Origin: Sphyrna mokarran
Taxonomy: Eukaryota
DNA: 64,000 nt
Assembly: GCA_024679065.1 (NCBI GenBank)
Contig: JAGIQG010000004.1
Coordinates: forward strand, 50,964,001-51,028,000
Direction of reading: 5' to 3'
A program made the translations under genes and the position numbers. Below the pieces are notes generated by a model. That model was not told where the DNA came from. It did not search any database and saw only the letters and a list, made by a program, of their open reading frames with translations. Shown piece by piece: positions 38,751-52,399 of this stretch. Within the stretch, counting starts at the first letter, position 1. Every line of letters starts with the position of its first letter.

Positions 38751-40872
38751 ATGCAAATCAACTATTGTCTCCTGTTTGGCACTTGTGGTATGTAACTGTT
38801 AGACTCTTTGATTTTTTAAATTGACCGTCAACGAACAGAAAATAGCATTAGTTAAATAAAGTTGTAGCCTCAATGTCAAATTACTTCATACATTGACTAT
38901 GACACTGACTTAAACCATTGATCATTTGGCAAGGGTGAACAGAAAAGATTTTCCCAGCGTGACCACTGTCAATTTCAAATGAAAAGCTGTTTTTGGGTAC
39001 TGCGGTAATAAAGCAATAGAGGAAAACCTGATTCCAGTGAGAGTTGGGAGTATCCTTGATAATCTATATATTAATATGGTTACTCATAAAAATCTGATAG
39101 TTGGGAGGTGCAGTCAAATTTTAGAAATCTGTATCTTGTAGTTTCCATCTTTTAATAATGCAAACTAACTGCACAACATCTGTTTCGAGCTTTTAGGTAA
39201 GGATCCCTGACAATGTGGTATCTTTCGAAAAAGAAATTAGAAAGTGGAAAATGATGCAAATAGCTAGTCCAGGTTAATTTTCCAAACTATTTAGGAGCCA
39301 GGCATACTTTGGACACTTGCAAATTAGCTCCTGGGTTTCCGGCTGTGGCTCTTTTTCATTAACTATGTAATATTTTGCAAAGTCCAGAAGTCATGGAAGG
39401 CCTGTATTGGTGCAAGTTTGTTCTTTCCTTCACTGCTACTACAGTGCCCTTGGAAATGCCTAACCATAGATTCCACAGTTCTCATCCAGTTCAGTTTCTG
39501 AGCTCAGAGGAATTTAGTTGTGTCTATTGATATGGCATTAGCTTCTAAGAGTTATTGCCCTCCCTCCATCATTCTCTTCTGTTTCTGTCCTTTGCACTCT
39601 CTCTCAACTCCTGTGAAATATCTCTTGCCCTGTTATGAGCACCTTTCCTTGGTGTAGTATTTTTTGGCTTCTTTTGTAAGCTTTTAATTGCCTTTTGGAT
39701 ATTTGCATTATTCTCAGAGGTATAAGGTTTGCCACTTCAAACCAGGGACATAGAAAAACTACAAAATAATTCTTAGTCTTCCTTTGCTGGATGGCTGTTT
39801 TCTCAGGAATCGTTTTGGACCAGCCCACATTTTGGGTGGGATTTTCCAGCCTTGCTCACCCGAAACCGGAAAATCTAGCCCAAGGTCAATGGACCTTTCT
39901 ATATTCCGTCTCTTGCCTACTCTGATTCGCATGGTGGCTGGGACAATATAACTCACTCTTCTCTAAAATAAAAGCAAAATACTGCAGATGCTAGAAATTG
40001 AAATAAAAAAAAGTGTTGGAAATATTCAGCAAGTTTGGCAGCATCTACAGAGAGAGAAATTGTGTTAAAGTTTTAAGGCAAATATAACTGCTCTTTCTGC
40101 TTTGAGGGTTTTCTGCTTCTGTTCCATATTTCATCTCATCGTATCTGGCTGTTCCACAAAAATCTCACTATGTCTTGATTAGACTGTTTGATGGTTTTAA
40201 TGTTGTACATTAGTTCTCAGCTTCAAATTTCACAATTAAATGAATTTTGTTCATCATTGTTTAACATGTTCATCATTTCAATGGATTAATTCCACTTTGT
40301 ATTTTCACGGTTATAATTTTGTGAAGTGAAACAATTACAGATAAAAGTGCTTTTCTTGGTTAAGTGACAATACAAAAGAATTTGTGTGGTGTGCGATGCT
40401 GAATAGTCACTGATGGACAATGCAAGGCTGAAGCCATATAGGAGGCAGTTGGAAAACGAAATTGCTAATATTTGATTTTTTTTGTCGCAAGCAGTGCTCT
40501 GAATTGCTGAATACACAGACATTTAATATTGGCTTACTGATTAGCCATGTGAATTTCTGCAACAACTCATCTTTATGATCTTTCAAATTGATACGAGCTC
40601 TAGGATTTGGCTGGCGGGATTACCAGATTGGATTTTAAAACTTGAGTATCTTTTTTTCTTGTTAATCCTTAAGACTTAGGCGAATGGAAAGTAGTATTCA
40701 TTTGTCCATCATTAGTTAGCCTGTCGCAGGAACAAATAAGCATTTTTTAAAAAATAGTTGAATGAATGAAGCTTTTAAGGTTTTGAAATGTTATGCCTCA
40801 AAATTCAATCTCATCTCCAGCCTAAGTTAGTATTGTTTGGCCTTCTCCCTGCAAATGATAGTTTATTTTTTA

Positions 40873-41310
40873 GAGCAACACAGCACGGGAAACAGGCCCT
40901 TCGGCCCAACGAGCCCGCGCCGCCATCATGACTGTATAGTAACAATTCCATTTTCCTATTCTAATTTTAGGTTATTCCTAATATGGAAGAATCTCAATAT
41001 AGGGACAATTTGTTTCCCAATCAGCCTAAGAGCGAATTTTTGGGATGTGGGAGGAAACCGGAGTGCCCGGAGAAAACCCACGCAACCACGGGGAGAAAGC
41101 GCAAACTCCCGCAGACACCGGCCCAATTCCAAGTGTCTGCACAGCTACAGCGATAGTCACTGAGCTGTAATGGTGCCCTTCAGATGGTCCAGATAAAGCA
41201 CTCATTTACGACATGAAGCACCAGGCAATCCATGAATCAACATCCAAGAGCTGTCCTCGCACCACCTGCCGAATGCATGCTCCTTGTTGGTCAAGTTGGA
41301 CCGAATTACC
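40873..41310 (-). mobile_element. V-SINE/HE1-related composite SINE with 5' extension (copy B)
   Basis: Colinear with 15213-15667, e.g. ggaaacaggcccttcggcccaacgagcccgcgccgcca and cagcgatagtcactgagct. Confidence 0.8.
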
Positions 41311-41334
41311 AAAAAGATTTGACAGATTTTTCAT

Positions 41335-41654
41335 GGAATCATAGAATAGAATCCCTACAGTGCAGAAAGAAGACATTTGGCCCATTGAGTCTGCACCAAC
41401 AACAATCCAACCCAGCCCCTCTCCCCATAATCCTGCATATTTGTCTGCTCGTCCTCCATACTAAGGAGCAATTTAACATGGCCAATCCACCTAACTTGCA
41501 CATCTTTGGACTCTAGAAGGAAACATGAGCACCTAGGAAAAACCCACGCAGACACTGGGAGAATATGCAAACAGACAATACCCAAGGCCAAATTGAACCT
41601 GGGTTCCTGGTGCTGTGAGGCAGCAGTGCTAACCACTGTGCCACAGTACCACCC
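41335..41654 (-). mobile_element. HE1-type SINE, full length
   Basis: tRNA head on the minus strand (gtggcacagtggttagcactgctgcctcacagcaccaggaacccaggttcaatt), V-domain core and CR1-shared tail catagaat. Confidence 0.9.
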
Positions 41655-44427
41655 AATATGATTTCATGCAATTTGAACAATCACCAGAATCTTCACGTAT
41701 TTTTGTATAAGACAAGCTCCCGTTTAAGACATTGACATATTTAAATGGAATCTAACACCAATCAGAGACATAACTAAGTAGTTTTTGAGGCAAACATGTT
41801 ATAAAAATGATGTTATCCTCATGATCTTTGAGGCCAAGATTCTTTTGGTTTGTAAAGATCTTCTGACATGAACATCCAGCAAGGATCTATAATCCACCTT
41901 ATTCACCTTCACCTCAGCAAAGACACTAAAGATTAACTGACACAGTTAAAAAAATTCATGGTGAAAGATGCAAAACTAAGGCAAATATCATTGGTTAAAC
42001 CTTCTTAAATTGAAATGTGATTTGAGGATGTGGTGCATTAATTCGAGCAGCTGAATTGTGTGAGCTTGCTAGCAAGAGGAGATGTACCTCGTTTAAAAGA
42101 AATTTCTAATAAGATTGATGATACCACTATTCGACAATCTTTGTTATTACCGTGTTGTCTTATAATTCCCTCCTGTGATCTATAGAAGCATTTGGCATCA
42201 TTGTGAGACTACGTAATGAAAATGAAGGTAAGTGCTTCAGACTGTCATTATAAATCTATTACTGCAAAATACTGAGTTAGAAATACAGGAAATTGCATCA
42301 CAGGAGCCCCTGAGCATCAGCTGTGTTTAATGTGTTGTGATTGGTAAAGCCGATGTTATGTCATGATGACTCCCTTGGTTTCCAATCAAAAACAGCAGCT
42401 CTTTATAAGGTACTGTACTGGGAACCTTTAAAACAAACATAACCCTGCCTGTTTTTCTCTATACGTGTTTACCTTAAACTGAATGTTATTCGTCTGCCAA
42501 CATAAATAACAAAACAGCGATAAAGCGCATCACAAGAGAGTGCCCTTGGTACCACATTATCTACGTGATGCGATATGAATGCTTTAGTTTGTGGCAGGGA
42601 TGTGATCTGAAATTCTAGTCAGTATTTCCCAACCTTTTTCAGTCCTTCCATGGTGCCATGATTGTCTGTATCCCTTAACATCTGCAATTTCTTTCACTTC
42701 TTTCCCATGTTCAGAATGATCCAAAACATTTTTCAGACAACAGGTCGTTCTCTAAAGAATGGTTGCTCAGTGTGTCAGCAAAGCCGTCAGTTGCTTTGCA
42801 CTTTCCAGGGTCCTGTGTTCTTCATCGTGGAAAAGGCTCAAGGAGCCGTATAGTCTCTCCCTCACTTCTCATGCTTATGCTCTTATAAACAGCAATTAAA
42901 TAAATGACATTTAAATGTGTTGTTGGTATTGATTGAAGAGTAAATCTTGACCAAGATACTGGCAGCAATATTCCTCCTCCCCCTGACCCACCACCACACC
43001 TGTTCCATGTGCCCATTGTTCAAAAAAAAGTACTTCAGAGTAATTGACTTCCTTCCAAACAAACACTCGGAGATTGGGTTTAACATCTCATCTGAAAGTT
43101 GGCACCTCAGATTGTGCAGTACTCCTCCATATTGGATTTAAACAGAATTTCTGACTCGAGTGAAATTGTAATCGGAAACAAAGGCAATCTCAAGCTAATA
43201 CATAAACATGTGCCAGAGATTCAAGATCATTATCTAGTGTGAAAATGTTTTCAAGATTGCCTGAAATAATGTGGCAGTCGATGCCTTGTCCCAACATTGC
43301 AGGATTAGGTGCTCTGGGTTTTTGGTGGCTGGCGTATGTTGACAGTCCTACCTGAACGCACAGTTGTCAGATTTCAGAAACCTCTTTGAAAGCAGCAGTG
43401 TTCATTTTCAGATTGTGGTCTGAATGAGCTCAACTGTCATGGGGGCCACCGGGTATGAGGAATGCAGCGTTTCAGGAAAACCTGCTTTCTTGGCTGGATC
43501 AACAAGCAAGGGCTTGCCATCTTTGTCCACACCTCGGGAACAAATCAGAAAAACAACATCAACGGTGCTTTCTCCAGTGTTATTAAATCAATAAAAACCT
43601 GAGTTTGTTGCTCCTAATCTTCATCCAGAGATTTGAGTCTCATATTGATATAACCCTGGCTATCCGGCAAAACATGCCTTATTAAAATTAACATGTTTAA
43701 AATTAACATAATTAAATTTTCAAATTAACATATTTGATTCTTTGCTTTAGTAAAAACCCGTTGCAGAAGGTAAGGAGCAATTAACCTGATACCTTGCTAA
43801 ATCACATGCAGTACTATAATCGTTCCTATTGAAACTTGGCTCCTTAATCAGCTGTGCCACTTCAACAATAAGCTCTGTACATTGAAAACTGCAAGTTAAT
43901 AATGCCAGCTTACATCCCGATGGAAGAGGCATGGATACCAATAATCTGCCTGTTCTGTTTTGCACACCTGCTGATTTCCCAGTGTTAAACATTTCCCCTG
44001 CTCGTCTCTGAAGTGAGCACGTTTTAAAAGAAATTTTCTGGAATTTTCTCCCTTGCCTCTGTTCTCCAGATAGGTGATCTGTCACTCCATTATGGCCCTC
44101 TGCTGTCTTACTCAAGAGGCTCTCCGCTGCACTGTGGCAGTGACACTGTTCTTCGAGAGTGTCCCTTTAAACCATGCAGGCAGTCAGTGCAGAGTTTCAT
44201 ACAGTCCTCAGGCCTAAGCAGAATGAAAGTAGGGCTGTTACTAATAGGGAGCACTGCAGAGTTATTAAAAGGAGAATAATTTTTCCTTTAACTTATATTT
44301 ATCTTTCCCCTGGCAGGCAAGGCCTTGTATACCTATCTGTATTATTAAATACCATGTGTGTTTGTGCAATGATTAGAGGACGTCTCTAACTTTATTGACC
44401 GGAATCCTATCACTATCGGTTCCAGTT

Positions 44428-44559
44428 GGCTGGAATTCTCCAGCTGTTCATGTTCCACTGCTGGCAGTGAGAATGGGGAATTTAGCATTCAGTTAAATCT
44501 CCATTCACTGCAGTGGAACCAGAGAATTTCAGCTGTGGGTGAGCTCAGAGAATCCAGCC
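44428..44559. mobile_element. Short Harbinger-like MITE
   Basis: ggctggaattctc ... gagaatccagcc termini, with internal inverted gttccactgc/gcagtggaac. Confidence 0.6.
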
Positions 44560-45237
44560 TGTTGCCTCAGAATTTGCAAGTGAGGAAACCGTGAGCCCAA
44601 AACCGCAGGGCCCAAAAACATTGTGGTTCAGAAGCAGTGAGTAGTAGGGAGATTGTTGCCTTGCTTTCTTTCCTTCAAAAAGGCAATTAAATGCCCCTAG
44701 CACATAGATGAAAGGGAGGTGGTTGACACCAGTCTCAAGATTGCAAAGGTCCTGTTAAAGGTATTGAAGGAGTGGTTTCCATTCACAAAATACTCAAGGG
44801 AGCCGTGTCTGTTCAAGGGTGGGTAAACTGCATAACACATACCTCACAAGCAGCAAATTTCTGCTGGCTGTCTAGTCCAGCAGCTGACCGGCTGCCAAAA
44901 TGTGAGTGGCTTCACTCACTCATTCTATTTCCAGTCACCTGGAGCCCTGGGGTTTATTTATTTCTCTATGCAAGGCTATGAGTGACACCAGGATATTGTG
45001 CAGTGAGTACATAGGAATATGCCGTTCCCTTCGCCAGTAAACAACAGAGGAAAAATTCAACAGTAAACTGAAGCCAAATCCCAACTGCTTCTCATTCTGC
45101 TCAAACAATCAGACAGCAGGTGCAGCCTGGTAAGATTGTCAACACCACCAGATTAGGGCTAGGTGGAGATCGAGGTCACTGAGTGCCCTGCAAGGCAAGC
45201 AACAAAACAGAACAAAACCCTCATGAGGCTAGTTTAA

Positions 45238-45506
45238 TTTATAGCTTTAAATTAAGGGGTGGTAGTTATAGGACAGATACTATAGGTGTGTTCTTTACTC
45301 AGAGGGTAGTAAGGGCGTGGAATGCCCTACCTGCAGCAGTTGTGGATTCGTCACGTTTAAAGGCGTTCACATGGTCAGTGGATAGGCATATAGATAACAT
45401 TGGAATAGTTTAGGATAGAGGGTCATAAAATTGGTTACATTGGTTGGTGCAACATCGAGGGCCGAAGGGCCTATACTGCGCTGTAATGTTCTATGTTCTA
45501 TGTTCT
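45238..45506 (+). mobile_element. CR1-type LINE 3' end
   Basis: YSFKLRGGSYRTD..FFTQRVVRAWNALP. Tail gggccgaagggcct..gttctatgttctatgttcta. Confidence 0.9.
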
Positions 45507-46464
45507 AGTCTCCTTGACTGATTTAGCAGGCTTACTATGCATCTGTACAAACAATGTTCCAAAGTTACATTCACCAACAAACCAAACTAGCTTACAATCT
45601 CTTAAGATCTGTGAAGCATCCTGTACTAGTGAGAGGTGATCTTTGTTTTTCTCTGGTTTAACTTGTTTCAAGAGCGCAAGTTTAAAATGTGAATTCTCCT
45701 GTTGAAATTTGTGCTGTTGCAGAGATTTTGAAGCTGCAGCATGAATGTCCTCCTGCTTTCTGCACCTAAAATCTGCTTTTAACTTGGGGTGGAAGTTCAT
45801 TTATCTTGTATGGCTGCACTGATGAGACCAGGGCCACTTCAAGCGCAGACAATCCATTCCACAAGTCTGTCACACCATCTTTGAACCAGATGGTTAGAAA
45901 GTTTGAAGGAGTTCTCTGCTAATCAGTTTACTAACTTCCCTCCCTTCCCTTGCCCATACGTTCATTGGAGGAGCTTCCGAGGACTTTTCCTACTAAATGT
46001 TGCATGTAACTGTAGATGTAAAGGATGTTTTCAGTTCCCTAGAGCTATCTGTAGAGCATAGAAGAGGCGCTGACACTATTTTAATAACAAAGGTTTTACT
46101 TCCATATAATCTACCAGAGAGGAGGCATGCACCCAAGGTGTGAGTGCAACGCTCATAAGGTCCATGTTAAGACCCCTGCATGCTATGAAGCAGATGGCAT
46201 TTTAACAAGCTCTTCCTGTGAACCCGGGTGATGCTTGTTTACTATAAAGAATATGGTACTGATTGTAACCTCAGCTGCTGCCTGTCCAGTGCACCCTGCT
46301 TTGCATCAGTCAACACCTGCAGAACAAGGCTGGAAGCTGCTGCCGCAGCTACATTAAAAAGAAGGTTTAAGGCCAAAGAGAATTCTGTGCATCAGTCCCA
46401 GCACACACAAGATATGTTGAGCAGCTGACCCATTCATTGATCCCATGAAGTCTGTTGCATTTAT

Positions 46465-46985
46465 GCAATGCTTTGGTTAGACCACATCTGAGTATTATGG
46501 GCAGTTCTGGATATCATGTCTATGGAAGAAAATATTGTCCTTTAAAGGAGTACCACCTAAATTTACAAGAATGATATGTGGACTTGGGGTTAAATTACAA
46601 ACTAGGAATTTATTCTACTAGTGTTTTATTCCCTGAAGTTGGACAGATTATGTACATGCTCAAGGTACTAAATGGAGCAATGGGAACTATTTTTGCTGTT
46701 TGGGAGGTCTGGGATAAATTAATATAGTCTGAAATTTAGAGCTGGACTTTTCATAAGTGAAGTTAGGAAACACTTCTACACGTGAATGGTGGTAGAGGTT
46801 TGAAAACTTCTTTGGGAATAGGAATTGATTCATTTTAAATCTGTGATTGGCAAACTTTTGTTAAGTTGTTAAGGGACATGGTTAAAGATAAGTAAATGGA
46901 GCTTGGTCACAGATCAGCCATGATCTCATTGAATAATTGAATAGGGTCAAGGGGCTAAATGGCCCACTTCTGTTCCTGTGTTCCA
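46465..46985 (+). mobile_element. Old CR1-type LINE 3' fragment
   Basis: ttggttagaccacatctgagtattatgggcagttctgg.. and tail cagatcagccatgatctcattgaat..aggggctaaatggccc. Confidence 0.7.
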
Positions 46986-49900
46986 TCAAATAGCTAGCAC
47001 AGGCACGTTGCCTGAATGGCCTCTTTCCATGCTGTCTGAATCTATGATATCATAAAACTTGAGTAATGTATTATCAATCAATTCAATGATTCTGATCTAT
47101 TTGAATTCTATTTAAATTTTCAGGTTTTATTCTGAAATGATTCATTTGGATGGTTACCTCTGGCATCCAACATAGTCACAAACAGTTTGTGTTCACTTGA
47201 TTTTGGTGATGGGCAGTCCCTATTAGATTAGAGATTCCCATTGTGTTGCTCCACTGTGCTGGTTTCACACTCACATGCAATGACCAAAATGGAATTGCTT
47301 CGCTTGAGAACTATTTCAGAATACAAAGCTCATCCTGTTTGTTGGAAATCTTATTGGCATACTTGTCAAATTAATGGTATGTCACTTTCTCTTCATGTCA
47401 CTTTTCCTCTTAGTTTTTATTCTTATATCCCTCAGTCTGTCACTGAGCTGTTTATTTCCTTAATGTCTAATCTTCCTACTGTTTCCAAAAGGGTGAATCA
47501 CCAGCCTGCTCCCAGGCTTCTGCCAATTCTGTGCTCTTCCAATCATTCTTATCCCAATTGTATGTGGGTTCCTTTGCCAACTTGTCTTTTGATTTTGCCA
47601 TCACCTGCATACTTGCCCCAATGTCAGCCCAGTTACTATGAGACTTCCTGATACTGTAGCATTCTAGTTTACTGTCTTTGCAGTTTACTGGGAATACCTA
47701 ACATTTAGGAATTCACTGGTAAGCTATTTCCACTGATATCTCAAAGTTCAGGAATTACTTTTGAAAATCATGCATACAAATACTTCTGGTTATGCAGGAC
47801 ACATCTTGAATGTTAGGTGTGTCCACCTCTTATTCGCTTCTAATGCCACTGTGCACCTGGCTACCTGAAGATGTGGGTATACTTGATTTGCCTTGGATTT
47901 TCCATCTGTGCCTATAAGCATCAGTGTGAGCTTCCAGTCAGTTGGATAGCTGAGATTATGTGAGGGTATCTCACAGCCACAGCTCTATGCAGAGTACAGG
48001 AAATCAATGTCACATGATAATCCGAAAGGCTTAGCTGGCTATCCCTGAAGCAGTAGTAGTTGCCTTGTAGAAGATTGACAAGGCTTTGAAAGCAGGTGCA
48101 TAACCCACTGTGACTCACTCTCTGGGGACAAGCAAGGCAACAATTGGCTCAGGTGTGCAATATTGGCTCAGGTGAATGTTAGCTGTAATTAGCTAAGGAG
48201 TGATTGTATAATATAGTGCAACGGGGACAACATTTTCCCCTCGTTTAACATTATCTACAATTGTGGAGTTACATTCTGTTGTTTGAAACAGATTCTGCAG
48301 AAAATTAATTACTCTTGTTTGTTACAGTTGCACCAGCCACTTCAACCTAATTGAAAATACAACTAGTCAGAGAGATTATGTAGCAGGGATCTGGGTGGGA
48401 GCTCAGGGTGCCAGGATTGAGGGGATGGGGGGTAGTGGGGAGCGGTGGTAGTTATCATGAAAGCAGAGTGGTAAGGAGATGGGGTTATTCATTAGGTGCA
48501 AGGTTCCAGAAGGGGGCAGCAGTGATATCAAGTGAGGGGAATCATGGGTGCTGGGTGGAGTTGATGGGCCTACGGTGCTGGCAGCAGTGCTGATGGGAAG
48601 GCTCATGGTGACATGATAGAAAGATTATGGGGTCAGTAGAAGCTCAGCAGCAGTTTAAGGAAAAACCAGGACAATGACAAGCTGAGTTTTCAGTAAAAGT
48701 ACAGTCTTGAAGAAAGTGGCATTTCCTATTTATATAGCACCAGGAGAATGTTTACTTTCTCAGTGCACTCAATATCTTGTTTACTTCATAAATGCCACTC
48801 ATCTTTAACCCATGGCCAGACATCATGCAGATGAAATTTAATGCAAAGGAGTATAGGAAGAATAAGGAGAGGCAATATAAAGAGTACAATGCCAAAATTT
48901 TATGGGAAAGGGTGGAGAAGTGGGACCAGCTAAATTATTCTTGCAGAGAGTTAGCACAAACTCAAAAGGATGACTAGCCACCCTCTCTGCTTGTGATTCT
49001 GAAGTGTGGTGGTTGAGTTGTGCACATCAGCTGACCAAAACCGTAGAAAAACCATAGACCTTTATCTTTAGTCGTTAATGTCAGATCCAATAGGGTTTCC
49101 TCTCTTATTGGAAGAGAACAGCCCAGGAAAATGATACAGCATTTAAAATAGAGATAGTCATTGGCTTCACTGCAAATTAGATCTAGCAGATATATATAAT
49201 GGTGGCTGAATTGATATTGCCCATTGTACTATCCATCAAAGTTAAAATTAACCCCAGGAAGATATTAGATTGGAAAGAATAGGATGACTAGTTTTAACTC
49301 TCTTATTTTCCCATGTTTAGAAAAGGCCGATTAAAACCTGATTATATCTTGTCAGTGCATTAATGACTCTATATTTAGAGAATGTAAAAACATGCTGCGA
49401 GTTCTTTTCTACATAACATCTTGCAATAGGTGAACCTGTGGTGTGGTGGATTGAAGGTAGGTGTGTGTGCCTTCATACTGCAGATAATGGATCATTGACC
49501 CAAATTTCTTAACGGAACAATTGGAGTTGCTGGGGTCTGATCTTTGATATTCAGTGCTGTGGTCATCAGAAAGAGAGTATAAATTGGCTGCATAAATTGG
49601 CTACAAATCCAGCAGCATTAAGTAGTTATAAGTAGCTCTTGGCAGGGATTCTTTCCCCTCCAGTGCCCATCCCCGCCCAACCTAGTTATTGAGTAGTTTC
49701 AGAATTATGTGCATGGCTGGCCATCAGTGTAAAAATAGCACAGCATACCAGTGATGATGATTACTGTCTCTGCTTCGCTCAAGGGATGGGCTTCTGAACA
49801 AAAGGCAAAATAACTCTCAAGGCTTGGATCTCCACTGTCCCGGATTGTATCAGCGAGGAATGAGTAAATGTAGTGATGTAGGCTGAATTTGTGACATCTG

Positions 49901-50829
49901 TTATGTCCCTTGCCTTTGCTTTGAAAGACATCAGGGAATGGCAGGTTACTGCCTGTAGTCTTTCAAAAGAGCTGTGCATGGCAATTGATGTCAGCACTAG
50001 AATCATTAACAGCAAATTCATCAGCAACAATTTGTAAAATTAAATATGAGCAATACTTTGAAGATACTTTATTCCCAGCTGCAGTATAGGGCACTGAATG
50101 ATGAGGACAGGCATGCATCAGGCATCCTTGAGCTTGGATTTAAGGGAGTGGGATCATAACACTGTTTTGGGAAACACCAAGGGTGGGAAGGAGTGAACAA
50201 TTTGATGTAAATAACAGTGTCCCAAGCAGGGCTTCTGTGATAAAGGTGTCCTAATAGATGTAGTGCCAGAGTAGTGGGGGTTGGGAATATGAGAGCAAAT
50301 TTGACAGCAAACTAAGGGATAGATTAAAAAGGAGGGTTCGCCCATTAATATCCACTTTTATATGGCAGGAACTCAGGTGGACACATTTTCAGTTCTGCCA
50401 AAAATAGTGTCCAGATTAAATTAAATTCACCATTAATTGAACATGTTGGTGGAGTCTGTAATGGAAAGCGTTCTAAACAACATGCATTGGAATCAGACTC
50501 AGTAAAGCTAAAGAGGGGCTTATTATGTTTATTCTTTATTCATTAACAAATCTTTCTTTGTCGACATCTTACAAACATCTTTAGGATTATCTTTACTGCA
50601 GTTGAACTGAGCAAATCTGACCCTTTCCATCCTGTTACTCTCCACCTTCCTTTCTCCTTTCCTTTCTGCAGTGAGAGAGTTTCAATTACAAAAGGTTCTA
50701 AAGAGCCCAGCGTTTCCTGTAGATGGGACCATTGCCTTACATTTATTCTATTTTTTATGAGCCCACTTAATGAACACTTGTTAGGCTATAACTGGGCACT
50801 GCAGGCAATTATGGTCATTGCATAAGGTG

Positions 50830-51305
50830 AAGGATGTGGTTGTACTACAGAGGGTACACAGGAAATTTACCAGGATGCTGCCTCAGCTGGAGGGTCTGAG
50901 CTATGAGGAAAGATTGGGAAGACTGAGGCTGTTTTCCTTTGAGCAGTGAAGGTTGAGAGGGGACCTGATAGTGGAGTGCAATATTATGGGGGACATCAAG
51001 AGGCTGGATGGGAAGGTACTTTTTTCATTAGCAGAGGTGTCAATAACCAGGGGCATAGATTTAAGGGAAGAGGTAGAAGGCTAAGAGAGGAATTGGTGGT
51101 GGAAGTCTGGAACTTATTGTTGAAAAGGTGGTTGAGTCAGAAACTCTTGTTACATTTGAGCAGTATTTAGATATTCACTTGCAGTGTCATATCTTCCAGG
51201 ACTTTGGGCCACCTGCTAAAAAATGTGATCAATGTAGTCAGATCTTTGTTGACCAGTGTAAACAAGATGGGCCGAATGGACTTTTTCTGTGGTGTAAACA
51301 TCTAT
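50830..51305 (+). mobile_element. CR1-type LINE 3' fragment
   Basis: ggaaatttaccaggatgctgcct..gagctatgaggaaagattgg..accaggggcatagatttaagg..gatgggccgaatgg. Confidence 0.8.
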
Positions 51306-51486
51306 AAATTGATGATTTTCTGCTGACCCCATTCTGATTTAATTTTTCAGGGAAACACACGGTTAGATTCCTGTCTTGGGATAGGGAGCTCATGAATGAG
51401 ATTGGCTAGAAATTGTCGCTGCAGTACAACAATATAGACAATGATGGACATAGAAGTATGAACTGGCTCATTCAGTCTGACCCTTA

Positions 51487-51840
51487 CAGTAGCAGAGATG
51501 TGGTAATAGCACTGGGCTAGTAAGCCTGAGGCCCAGGCCAATGCACTGATAGTTGGAACTATGGCAGCTGGTGGAATTTATAGTCGGTTAATCTGGAATT
51601 GAAAGCTGGTTTCGTTAACTTTTCATCACTACCATCGATTATCATAAAACCTATTTGGTTCACTAATGTCCTTTTGAAGAGGAAATCTTGTCTAAATGTC
51701 ACACCAGGTCCACAGCAATGTAAGTGGTTGATTTTTAACTGCCTTCTGAACTTGCCAAGCCACTCAGTTCAGAGGCATTTAGAGATGAGAAACAAATGCT
51801 GGCTGAGCCTCATCCCATGAAAGAATAAAGAAAAAAAAAT
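51487..51840 (+). mobile_element. tRNA-derived SINE with L2/Crack-type tail
   Basis: Decayed tRNA-like head (gtggtaatagcactgggctagtaa). The 3' end ggcatttagagatgagaaacaaatgctggc..catcccatgaaagaataaa resembles the LINE tail at 14910-14981. Confidence 0.65.
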
Positions 51841-52399
51841 GCCTTGTGCAATAATATAGACATCTCACCTCATCAAAAAGACAAGATCCCCTGACAGAGG
51901 TTAAAAACAGATGAAAATCTAGGCCAATTGGACAGTGGAGGATGGTATGGAAAATCTCTGCCTGGACTCCTTAAGGTGGTTAATAGATCTGCAGCAGTTT
52001 CAAGTGAGGAGTCAGACTTTGACTCAGAATAATTCATCTATCTTCACTGGATTGGCCAATTCTGTTCATGTAGAGCTGCCAATCCATAGCCTGTAGCAGC
52101 CTATTTTGGTGATTATTTTTGTTCCTTCCTCCAGTAAAAAGAGGAACCATGTTGAAGGCTGATGTTAGCAACCAGCATTGCAAAGGTGATTATGACGTTA
52201 CTCCTTTCTTTCATTATGACCTAATTTACATTTTCCTACCACATATTAAATTGTATGTGGTTCAAGAATCATGAGGGCATCAACTCTATGGGCCCCAGTT
52301 CACTCCTGTACTCCTGCTAAAGAGAGGAAGATGCTGCCTTGAGTCTCAGGCTAATAAGTTTTAATAACTAATAGGTTTTATCTCCCCCCAGCACTGGTA

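Noticed and set aside
41590-41654. tRNA gene
   Set aside because: It is the degenerate tRNA-derived head of a SINE, not a full cloverleaf.
45820-45845. CTGATGAgaccagggcc hammerhead-like start
   Set aside because: Lacks GAAA and the flanking helices.
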